A DNA stretch of 64,000 nt from Botryllus schlosseri. Its lineage: Eukaryota. The position numbers were made by a program, and so were the translations under genes. The DNA lies in assembly GCA_051294905.1 (NCBI GenBank), contig CM119372.1, positions 5,520,001 through 5,584,000 of the forward strand. Reading direction: 5' to 3'. The notes below the pieces were generated by a model that was not told the origin of the DNA, ran no database searches, and was given only the letters and a program-made list of their open reading frames with translations. The stretch's first letter is position 1; the number at the start of each line of letters is the position of its first letter. Positions 1 through 11,029 of this stretch are shown here, piece by piece.

Positions 1-981
1 CACCCGACAGCGGAGTTGTGATTGTAGTATTCGTCAGGAGAAAATCGCTGACATTGATACCCAATTCCGAGAATGCGAAAAAGTGCATATATTGAGTTGA
101 GAGTTAGAAATATTTTGGAATTATTTGACTGGTGCGGCCCGCGAGTGGTCTGAATATTTGAATTCGACCCACAACGTCAGTTGAGTTTGACAACTCTGAG
201 CTACATGCTACATTCTCTTATTATCAGCCAAAATAGAGGATCAAATACGAAGCCTCGAGAAGATGAAAGAAATTGATATCGTAAAATACACTAGCCATCT
301 ATACACATCCGTGAGGATAGAATATATTTGTTCGATTTAAATCACCGTGTAATGTAAGGACAGAGCCGTCCAATAAACATCGATACGTTGCTATTAAATT
401 AATCTGCTACTACGACAACGCAAAGTGTGATCATTTCGTTTGCGGTCAGTGTATTTGTCATGTAACAATGTAGGATCAGTGAAACGTACAACCAGGGAAT
501 GGCTGGTTGCTCTCACAAGTTACAACGGCGTATCATGAATAATCCGAACAAGCACAAAATACATTGATTTAGTCGACACCGTTCACTTGATGACTTGAAA
601 TTGACTCGTAAATTTTGGTCCGAGTCACGAGTCAATCCACATTTTTGAAGTGCCGAGTCAAGTCAAGTCAAGTCATTTTTGCAAAGTGACTCGAGTCAAG
701 TCAAGTCATTCGAAAAAGTTGACTCGAGTCTGACTCGAGTCAAGTCATGACTCGAGTCATCCCAACACTGCCGAGTAATGTGTCATATATCAACGTTATA
801 TCATGTGTATGGACTCGGCGTTGTTGGTATTGTAATAGCATATCAATAGTGCCCTATGAAGTAATGGTCACATTAATGCATCTGCTCTTAGTTGGAGTGA
901 CATCTTGAATGCCATTGGATTTGGTTGACATCATCGTTAAATTGGAACTGCACCTAACTAACGACAATGTGAATCCAGCAG

Positions 982-1248
982 ATGATCTTTCATTTACCGG
1001 GGATAATGAGACTGGATGTAAAATTATTCCGCTTGGCTCTGCCGGAAGTGTGTTGTGTCGGTCAGCATCAAACCAAGATGTAACATGGTGGCATGACGGA
1101 ACGCGGGTGTCTGAGTATGCTCCAGGGAAGCCTGTTCAACAATTGGATGGTGGATTATACTTTTACAACTTCGCGACTAAGGAAGATTCTGGCGATTACT
1201 ACTGCAAGTCACAAAATGATGAGAAATTACTGAAAGTCTATATTGTGG
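982..1248 (+). CDS. Unit A Ig-domain exon (I-set/C2-like), phase 1-1; leader exon not found in window
   Basis: ctaac branch-like motif, then ccagcag|ATGAT acceptor; GTGG|gtaagt donor; 267 nt. Encodes DDLSFTG..GCKIIPLG..VLC..VTWWHD..EDSGDYYC..KVYIV with B-strand Cys, C-strand Trp and DxGxYxC. Paralogous to 7780, 30304 and 58587. Confidence 0.85.
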
Positions 1249-1671
1249 GTAAGTGATCAGATGTGGGCTTTGGGGTTGCGGAGGACTCGTAATATGCAAG
1301 TTGAAATGGAAATGCATATTACAGTTGTAAAATATATTTCCCGAACTTCACCATTTCCAAGTAAGTTGTCGGCGACGAGCCGAAATTACAAGTTCCATGT
1401 GCAAAAGCGAACCCAATCACTTTCGAAGTGCATATTATAAAATTGTATCTTTCAAAAAGGGATAGCAAAGTTTCTTATGGCCAAATAGAGTTGATAGTTG
1501 ATAGAGTTGTCATGAAAATTTGATCGGTATTTAAAGTTCTAGAGTTCTAGATATCCGTGCCAGACAATGAGCAATATAATCAATTAAACATGTCTGCGAT
1601 GAATTCGAACGGGTCATATTATGGGGTATAGGCCTTCAAATATAATAAGAACATTTCAATTTCGCTCACAG

Positions 1672-1752
1672 AGAATACGACAGTTGATTTCTGTGCTGCT
1701 AATTCATTGGAAACGGTTACTCATCCTACTACCGCTATTTCGACAGCAGCAG
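1672..1752 (+). CDS. Unit A Thr/Ser-rich stalk exon (ENTTVDFCAANSLETVTHPTTAISTAA)
   Basis: ttcgctcacag| acceptor, GCAG|gtagta donor, 81 nt, phase 1-1; homologous to the other four stalk exons. Confidence 0.7.
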
Positions 1753-3179
1753 GTAGTATTGCGCGGATTCATTAAATTGGCCACGGTTAAAATATTAGGC
1801 CTGTATATTTGTGTGGTGCCATGCATCAATAGTATGAACGTCACTTGCGTGTGTGTGGGTTGGTGCTGTGGCGATTAACTATCGTTAACAATTTGTTTCA
1901 CAACGGGCCATGTTGAAGTCAAAAATACCCTTTTTGATCGCCATTGCTGCTTGGTTTATCACCCTATGGGTGGCAGAAGACTAACGTTTTTTTTTCTGGC
2001 GAAGTGCTGTTTCGGCCCTGAACTGATGTCGTAGTTTTCGCAGTGGCTTGGTAATAAAAGCTTGGGGACTTCATGCATAAAACAAAAACAAAATAAAAAA
2101 ACAACAACAATAATAATAATGAAATCTTGTCTTGAACAAGGGCCATTTTTGAAACAGGCTTGACAATTACATTAAACATGGCCGCCACCACTTCATGAAA
2201 AAGCTTCCTTACCTTTACATCCCTACGCGACGCCTTGATGTAAATTTGATTATTACAATGTTTTGACAAAATTATATGCATGAGTTAATGCATGGTACAT
2301 TCATTGCACATATCGATGTAAGCGAGGTGAGCGTCTGGCTCAGTCGGTAACACAATCTGTATCTAGCATGAAACCGTCGACAAGGAATTTGAAATATTGT
2401 GAACATTATCCAGTCATTCTTGGGGCAAGTTTTTGTTGCAGTCAAATCCGTAAAAAGTTGCACTTATTTTTCACAAAAGTTGCAGTGAGAATTTGCATTT
2501 ATTTTTCACAAATGTTGCACTAAAAGTTGCATTTTGGACAATTTCTTTGACGTTGTAAGGGTATGAGATACTCTCATGCTAATCGATCCGTATCCAAGGC
2601 ACTGCAGCATAACTCAGTGTTGGCGACTTCGACTTCAACAAAATCAATAGCCTGAAAAAATTGACCAGGTGAATATATAATTTTGGGCGGTCTAGCCTGA
2701 ATGTACGTCGATTTAAACGACAGTGAAATAATCAAGTGATCTATTTACAGATAGTGCCAAATATTTCCAGTAAAAGTTGTATGAAAAATTTGCAGTAATT
2801 TTCATGAAAATCAAAAAAGTTGCATGAAAAAATGGAGATAATTTGCCAAAAATTGCAATGTGAGATTCCTCATAACAGCTTAAAACACCATGCTACATAA
2901 CTTCTAAGTATTGAGGAAACTGCCGGAAGCTGTAAAACCAAAGTTGCAAAAGTTGCAAAAGTTTGCCCTAGGTATTATACATCACTGCCATGTGTGTATG
3001 TATGGATGCATGTATGTATGGAATCCTGACTTTAATTGTCGAGATTGAATCGCTCACTCTAAATTATTAATAATATTAATATTATTAATTAAATTTCTAA
3101 ATTTCTTACCAAACAAGGTATTGCAATTGTAAAGTTATTAGCGGACAAGTATATTATTTAACATATTTTATTTCATACC

Positions 3180-3340
3180 ATGCTGACGGTAAGTTGCTTT
3201 TATTCATCATGAAGCCTTCCGAAGATTTTCTCCATCCGTAAATAAATATTATTACGATACAGCATGTCACAGAACATATGATTTAAGAATTGAAACCAAT
3301 GTTGTTGACTGGATAATATCTCTATTTGATTATCTGCTTC
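3180..3340 (+). promoter_or_regulatory. Conserved putative promoter/5'UTR module shared by units B, C (about 27690-27861) and D (about 41870-42034)
   Basis: Collinear shared blocks (caYcaWgaagcc..cgaag, ttgaaacc, gatta..tct) immediately upstream of each leader ATG; function inferred from position only. Confidence 0.45.
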
Positions 3341-3413
3341 ATGAAGGTCATCACCAGCGACACAATAGTCATAGCCATCATAACAATCCTATCACGTCAC
3401 GCCCTTGCCCAAG
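3341..3413 (+). CDS. Unit B signal-peptide exon (MKVITSDTIVIAIITILSRHALAQ)
   Basis: ATG, hydrophobic core, ALA-Q cleavage-like site, CAAG|gttact phase-1 donor; paralogs at 27862 and 42035. Confidence 0.8.
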
Positions 3414-4573
3414 GTTACTGACTTGATATATAATAAATATGTGAGGGATCGACCACATACCAGTCCGAGATCGAGAAACAGAAGACAAATAATATTAGTT
3501 TGAAACTGCAGTCTTCCAGAAATTTGAACGGCAAAAAGAATCAATCCAGACTGATCTGCAGTCGCACTGAATGTATAATGGTCGTGCCCGTGGCGTAGGA
3601 GTATATGATGCCACCCTGACTTTCGTTGAAAATGGCACCCTAACTAGACTGCAGCATATTTTGCAATAGTTTCATGTTCAAACAATTACACATAATGCGC
3701 TGTGTCTCAGAAGTTCGTTTGCTTGAGAAAGAAATCTATCCGTCAGACTTGTAAAAACTACCCATTTAGTTAGTTGATGTCAACTGACTAACGATTTTTG
3801 AGTAGTTATCGTTCTAGTTCTAGTTGCTGATTTTGAAAATTCAGTAGTTGTTGTTCTGGTTCTATGGCAGATTTTGAAACTTCAGTAGTTTTAGTTCTAG
3901 TTCTAGCTGCACATTAAAAAAAATAGTTGCCGAGCAACTAGAAAACACGTGTCGTCGTTTTGGGTGAATTAAGATGCCGGTGTTGAATGATTTTTATGCA
4001 ATGCGCTGCCATGGCACGCTCAGAGCCATCACTGCTAACAGTGGCGTAGCCAGCGGGTGGCTTTTTGGGGTTCGAATTTCTCCCATTTCAAACTCGAAAC
4101 CCTGTTCTTTTGAAATGTCGATTCAATGTCTGATATTTCCGATAAAAAAAATTAATGTGTGAACTATAGGAGAACGAAATCTAGTTCTGTCTGTACGGTT
4201 CTTAAACTTTAATGACTTAAGAATGACTACGTCACAGATGGGCAACTATTTTTCTGAGAATAACAGGCGCAGGATATACGTTGGCGAGCTAAGTCATGAT
4301 TTTGCGCTATATTCCGCGCTGTATTAATTTCTAATCATTTATAAATTGAAAGCAATGAAGTACATGGTAAGCACAAGCTTCTGGGTGGATGTGTTACTAT
4401 TAGGCAATTAGTAATTTAGAGTTAAAGTACAAAAATAATATTTATCCCAACTAATTATTCAAAACAAAGGCTTACAAGGAATATTGTTAAATCTTTTAAA
4501 TCACTCCAACCCCTAGACACGTCCTTCTATTAAGACACCAAAATGTATGGGATGTTACAGCTTGATCATTATC

Positions 4574-5460
4574 CAGTGTTGGGATCAAGTCACTACCTTC
4601 GAGTCACGAGTCATTTGAGTCATTGCAGATTTTGACTCGAGTCAAGTCAAGTCAATCGATTTTTGATGGTGACTCGAGTCAAGTCAAGTCACTCGATTTT
4701 TGGAGGTGACTCGAGTCAAGTCGAGTCAAGTCAAGTCAAGTCACAATTCAAGTCAAGTTGCCTTTTCGGCGTATCAGGCATGCTTACGTCATTGCATTTT
4801 GCTAGCTGTCTGAAATACATATTGCGTGGTTATTTATTCTGAGCCGATGAACGAATATAGAGTCAAATATACAAGCAAGAAGGCGCTGTATCGCTCACAT
4901 ATACCTAGAAATGCTAATTACATAGCCTCAGTTTAGTTACCAGCCAAAATAGAGACTATAGAAAAGCGAATAAATAAGATGTAATGCATTACCCATTAAC
5001 AAATTGATATGACAATATTCGAGCGTGCGCCAATGGTTGAGTACTATGTACACTATATTCGAATTCAATTTCAATAAAACAAGAGGTTTGGTTAATGCAC
5101 AAGAACAGAGAACAGAAATATCCATTTTGCGTAAGCTGTATGCTTCGATCACTTCATTTGTGGTTAATTTATTTGTGAGAGAACAATGGAGCTTCAGTAA
5201 AACGCACGATCATTGAATGATTGGTCGCTTTCACGGGTTAAACCAGCGTTTCGCGAACAATCCGACCATATGCAGGATAGAGTGTTTTCATCGACATCGA
5301 TTGCTTGATGACTGGAAATTGACTCGTGAATTTTGCTCCGAGTCACGAGTCAATCCGCATTTCTGATACGCCGAGTCAAGTCAAGTCAAGCCATTTTAGC
5401 AAAGTGACTCGAGTCAAGTCAAGTCATACGAAAAAGGTGACTCGAGTCATCCCAACACTG
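4574..5460. mobile_element. hAT-type MITE with GAGTC/AAGTC subterminal arrays
   Basis: TIR CAGTGTTGGGAT...ATCCCAACACTG, perfect 8-bp TSD TCATTATC; related partial copies at about 590-770 and 15790-16492. Confidence 0.9.
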
Positions 5461-7779
5461 TCATTATCCCGAGCGGTGTGTATAGCTTAGTAAAATCGTC
5501 CTGCCGTATTGGTAATTTCGCTAGCAGGATTTCCAAATTCGTCTTCTCGCAGCCTCAGCCGAATGACTGCGTGCTTATGTCATAATCCCGACTTAAATCA
5601 ACCCATGTTATATCGACTTTACTTTAAATATAGATTACGCTAGTAGCCAGGGATCGGCTACCCCTGGCACGCGTGCCAAAAGTGACACGCAATATGATTT
5701 TTCATGAGACGCTAAACGATTCGATGTGCGTTATTATAACTATGTTTCTTGCAAAAAATTGAAAGAAAAGTTTTCAAAATGGAAAAACTCGAAGGTGAAT
5801 CCAAATTAATTCGCAACATGAATGATAAGGACGTCTTTTGGAAGATATTTTATTTTTCATCAAAATTTTCTCTGCAGTTCTCGCGTATAGTCCGTATTTT
5901 CCCCGTGGACAGTAAAATGCCCAGGTCTGCCCTACGCTAATCTACAAGCCTTCAGGGAACCCGTAATTTTCAGTGAGTCACAAAACAAAAATCCACCACT
6001 GGTGTAGGCTACATACCATATGTGCTGTAATATGAAGGTATATACGAGTAAAGCTTGTCAGGCAGACTTGTACAAACTACCCATTTAATTAGTTGATAGT
6101 CAACTAAGTAACGGTTTTAGAGTAGTTCTAGATCTAGTTCTAGTTGCGGATTCTGAAAATTGGGTAGTTCTAGTTCTATTCCTAGTTGCGAGTTTTAAAA
6201 ATTGAATAGGCGTAGTTCTAGTTCTGGTTCTGGTTGCCCTTTTTGAAAATCTGGTAGTTTGTACAAGTTTGCTCACCGCCTCAACGTTAAGGCCAAAAAT
6301 AAAAGACAAAAAATGTAGAACAAACGTATATTAGGCAAATAAAAGATCAATAGCCGCATCAAAATAGAACTTTTCAAGCTTTCACCGAAACAAAATGAGC
6401 AAAAATATATTCCATATCATAACTTTGAACGTAGTCTCTGTTTATGAAATAATCGATAGAGCTGATAGCTGATCATCATTCATGGTAGAACGTAAGTTTA
6501 CTTCAGTATTTTGAGAAACTCCTCTCACAGCTCGCAATTGAATCAAGAATGGTAAGATAAAGTTTCAGACAAGGATATAAATAGCCATCTCTACGTGTTG
6601 CGTGCACTGTGCAGCCTCATTTTGCCGCCGCTTGCAGCCTGCCACACTGGCGCAGAGCCAGAATGAATCGCCAAGTGACTGCTACGCCACTGGGTCGTGG
6701 ATCCTATCTGCCGATGAGGTCAGCGCAAGATTTGAAATGCCGGGATACGGAATCATGAATCGAGCTTAGATCAAATTCGATACTAGACTCAACACGTAAA
6801 GGCCAAAGTTTGTTGCTCATGTATAGGAGACGGTCGGCTTCACATTTCGTCCACACCGACATTCTCATCTTCACAGAACAGCACCAATTCTAGATTGGGG
6901 GCCATTCTATAAGTTGGCAGATCAAGAATCATAATAAGAAATATCGACCTGGTGTAAATGACGATAATAGTCGAGGCAACACGAATACCAAAGCCACAAC
7001 GACAGAACGGCAGATGAGATATTTTTCATTGAATCGAATATATATATGCAATCTTTACATTTTTGAGTGAATTTGTCATTGCGACTGGACGAAATATCTC
7101 CTATGTATCACGGTAACTTAATATATTTTGGCAAACGTTAGTAAAGGAAAATATATATACTGTCTTCAGTCATTTTGTGTTATAGTCCAAAGTAGCCACT
7201 TTCGATCAACAGCGAAACTATTGTGACCCCCCGACCAAATCTAAAATATTGGGAAGCACGGGCTTAAAGTTTACCGAATACTCTGTCATACTGTGCTACA
7301 ACATTTTAGGTTTCATAAAATATTTCATTAAAAATATTGCTCTGTTGCTGTTATACGCTCACCAAATGTTCTCCAATGGAGATCAAAATTTGATTAGCTT
7401 TATCGGGAAAAATCCTGAAAAGATGAAGGAATTATGATATCAGAATTGGATTCAGCCACTTAATAGTAACATGAATCAATCATTAAAATTTGGGGCAAAA
7501 CTTTTTTGAAATTTGTGGACCAGTGTAATTTATGCATCGGCTTAGTGTAGTTGTTATAACATATATATAGAACCCAGGGATTTCTGGAAATCCCTGATAG
7601 AACCAGGTGGTTGCATTGATCACATTGGTACATCTGATCTCAGTTTGAGAGACATGTTCCAATTTTAGTATGTGTACTGCCGAAGCGAGTTTGAGAGCCA
7701 TGTTGATTACATTTTAATTCGCTTGATATCGTCGCTTAATTGTAACTGCACCTAACAGCTGGCAATGTGTACCTGACAG

Positions 7780-8049
7780 ATGATATTTCGTTTTCCGGGG
7801 AGGATGATGGTGGATGTAAAATTGTTGCGCTTGGAGATAGTGGACACAATACGCAGTGTCTGTCAGCATCACACCAACATGTAGCGTGGTGGCATGACGA
7901 CACGCGCGTGTCCGAGTATAACTCAGGGGAATCTGTTCGACAACTGGAAGGTCGGATTTACTTTTACTACTTCGCGACTGTCGACGATTCTGGTGATTAC
8001 TACTGCAAATCTGATTCAGATGAAAAGCTATTGCAAGTCTACATTGTAA
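7780..8049 (+). CDS. Unit B Ig-domain exon
   Basis: ctaac..ctgacag|ATGAT acceptor, GTAA|gtaagt donor, 270 nt, phase 1-1; TQC..VAWWHD..DDSGDYYC motifs. Confidence 0.9.
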
Positions 8050-8762
8050 GTAAGTAAATAGGTGAGACTCCATTCTAAAGTTTGTTTAAATTTTGAACGA
8101 CACCAGACGTTAAGCGTGCTGGAACTAGAGTTGCATTTGAAACAGAAAATCAATTTAAAACAAACATGCATAATACATAATGGATTAACATTAACAATTG
8201 AAAATATAGGGTGAATATAGTTCCTTTGTACAGTACAGTACAGTAATTGTTGAACCGACCATTCTGAGGGTTTCAATTATCCCATATCGTATCCATCGGC
8301 TATATCTGGTTGTAATTGTCCGCAGGCCCAAACAACATGTTATGCCAAAGGGGGCATAAGGGGAGCGAAAATGTTAGAACGTCCAGTGAGATATATTTAA
8401 TTATAATGGCCATGAAGACGACTTTTCTGCATATGACATGAAGAAATGGTCAACGCAAGCCGGTTTTCCGAGCACCTATTAGTAAATTTATTTTTAGGGT
8501 CAATTCAAGAGCGATCAGAGTTGGGCGAATAAATGTCACGTTTATATATCCTCATTTTCGGATCCATAAATAATGGGAGGGGGGGTTGGGGGCGAGAATT
8601 TGTGTCTAGCTTGATAATGCGGCGATGAGTCGAAAAAGGTTGGGAACCACTGATTTAAACGAAATGATTTAAATAACCATTTGCTTTAAATGCAACCCTA
8701 AAGCTGGAACACGCTTTCAAAGAATTGGGGAGCGTTATCACTAATTTCACTGTCACTCACAG

Positions 8763-8849
8763 ATGTAACGGAGACTTCTACAGAGGAATTGTGTACTAAT
8801 GATGCTGATACTTCTACTGGCGCTACTACTGCTATTTGGACACACGCAG
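8763..8849 (+). CDS. Unit B stalk exon (NVTETSTEELCTNDADTSTGATTAIWTHA)
   Basis: cactcacag| acceptor, GCAG|gtatta donor, 87 nt, phase 1-1, Thr-rich. Confidence 0.75.
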
Positions 8850-9912
8850 GTATTATTGTGTGAATTCAGTGTATTAGTCACGGTGATCAATGTTAGAGCT
8901 ATATGTAACAGCCAACAATACATTCAATGAGATACCACATTGAAATCAAATACACCCTCATTCAAAGCCATATTTGCCGCAGCATTTGACTGCATATAAG
9001 TTGTGTTGCTGCAAACGTCGAATATTTTATGCGACTTATTCCCTTTTCTGCAATATATGCACGGCTGTAACCAAGTCACAAGGTTCCGATTCACAAGTCA
9101 ATTTTACTTTCATGGTTTTGACTCGAGTCAAATCGAGTCATTTTCAATTCAGCAACGAGTCAAATCGGAGTCAAAGTCAGGAAGCAATGGGTCGAGTCAT
9201 AGTCATGTAGCAGGCCTGGGCAAAGTCCGGCCCGCGGAGCTATTCTGTGCGACCCGCGTAAGGTTGCTTGAAATTGAAAATATAAAACCTACTTTTTAAT
9301 GTTGTTGCGTGGACTAAAACCATAGGATGTATAAACTGAACCGGAAATTCGTGTACTATAAAGCCTGTTTATTAACATGCCGCGACCACGCAGCCTATAT
9401 GCGTACCTCATATCGGTAGTTCAGATTCAAAGTAAAGTCAATGTAGCAAATTATGCCGTTATAGTTATTAAATTCACAAGAAGTCACCAATCCGTCTTTG
9501 TTGCCATTGTCACATTACGCATTACACGGTCTGTGTTTCAAATTGATATGTGATGCGTTTCCAAATCCTGAGTTCGTGAAACAAGTCAATCAGTGCCCGT
9601 GATTTCTATTGGTAAATCACCATACATACAGGATGGCAAAAATATGAAGCCAAAAGTTCAAATTCAAAGAAGGTTCGGAGGACTGAATATTTGTTTACTA
9701 CCCGTCTTTTAGTCGTTAAGTGCTGAGCACGTCGCCGTGTTTAAGAAGTATAATTTAAGTTGGTTCTATGACAAAAAACGAAAACATTTAGGCTACACTT
9801 GATTAAGGGACGGCGAATTTCGGAATAACGGCAAGCTTGGCTCAACAGCAAGGCCATTTCGGCAAGATGCACACTTTTAGGAAACCAGCTACCAAGACAA
9901 TAAGTTTTATGG

Positions 9913-10354
9913 CAGTGTTTCCCAACCGGGGGGGGGGGGGGGGATTTTGAAATTTTTAGGGGGTAATCTGGCCTAATTATTTTAGGGGTAGAAATTAGAA
10001 CGTAGAAATTAGTTCATTACAATTGTATGTTTCTTTGGCGGATTTCAAGCTAGCTGTATGTTTAAATGCCTTCCGTAGATATCACACCCCCTGAAAAAGT
10101 GAGGCTCGCGAGACGATTTCGATGGGTCCGCAACAGCCTCTCGACCAAATTGCTACTAAGCAGGAAAACGTCAAGCCGAATTCAGCACAAGGTCGCTAGT
10201 GAAATTGATTTTTCAAGCCAACATATGAGCTAACGTGAAAACATACCGTACCAAATTCACCGACTCAACTCAAGTCCATAGCAAGCGGAGTTGGTTATTT
10301 TAGCTCAAATATCGGCCAAGGGGGGCACGAGACGAAAAAGCCTGGGAACCACTG
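9913..10354. mobile_element. hAT-type MITE inserted in an older hAT remnant (about 9211-10375)
   Basis: TIR CAGTGTTTCCCA...TGGGAACCACTG; TSD TTTTATGG/CTTTATGG. Confidence 0.7.
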
Positions 10355-11029
10355 CTTTATGGTATCCCCAGGACCATAACTTCAGTGGTTTATTGAATTG
10401 GGCATTACCGCCATTACCGCGCCACTGCGCTTCAAGATATATAAGAAGTTCAGGCCAACACGGGATTCCGAGAAGGCACTGCAATTGCAACTGCTGATCA
10501 AATTAACTGAGTAAAGGGAAAAAAGCTCGCCAGCGAAAAAAAACCTTGGCCGAGTAGGACTGCCCTTATGTTGACCGAAAACCACGTTGTCCAATTGTCC
10601 ATTCTTCCGACGCGGCACAGAAGTCAATGAGTGGCGCTTTGTCAGGTGTCGGATCCTGTCTGCTATACAGTAAATCTGGCTCGGACTAGACAAACCGTTG
10701 CGTATCAAATCTTTTTTTGATCTCAAATTCAAGCAGTCCAAACGAATTATACTGAAACAGCTTGTTCAGAATAAAGGCATGTAAATGGTGAGATTAGCAA
10801 GATTGCTTGTTCGTCCAATAACAGTTGAATGGAGGAAGAAATAGCAGTCACAGAGCAATATAAAGGTAAACGCGAACGGACGATGCGACAATTTAATCAA
10901 CCAATCATTAAATCAAACATGACCATTAAGAGTTGTAGAGGAGAATATCGGAATGTAACTAAAAACATGACTCGTCGAAACACTCCCCCACTTGACCGAC
11001 TATGATCGGTCAACAGATTCTTTAATAAT

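Noticed and set aside
909..981. ORF-track N-terminal extensions of the Ig ORFs as real starts
   Set aside because: They are intronic read-through upstream of the conserved cag|AT acceptor; separate signal-peptide exons exist.
1621..1878. Hydrophobic ORF overlapping stalk A (similar ORF at 31428-31646) as a TM segment
   Set aside because: It is the shifted frame of Thr codons. The equivalent frame starts with a stop in B, C1 and D, while the phase-1 Thr-rich frame is conserved in all five exons. It could be reached in A only via the proximal donor.
4600..4760. GACTCGAGTCAAGTC arrays (also GTAATC and GGTAT arrays) resembling CRISPR repeats
   Set aside because: No constant repeat with unique spacers and no cas genes; they are subterminal arrays of TIR/TSD-bounded MITEs in eukaryotic DNA.
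8050..8110. V(D)J-type recombination signals after the Ig exons
   Set aside because: No CACAGTG heptamer/nonamer seen next to the exon ends; each exon encodes a complete domain through the G strand and ends in a splice donor.
10362..10377. Minus-strand TGGTCCTGGGG as primer-binding site of the LTR element
   Set aside because: It lies on the 3' LTR side, the wrong end for a PBS, and appears to continue the flanking hAT remnant.
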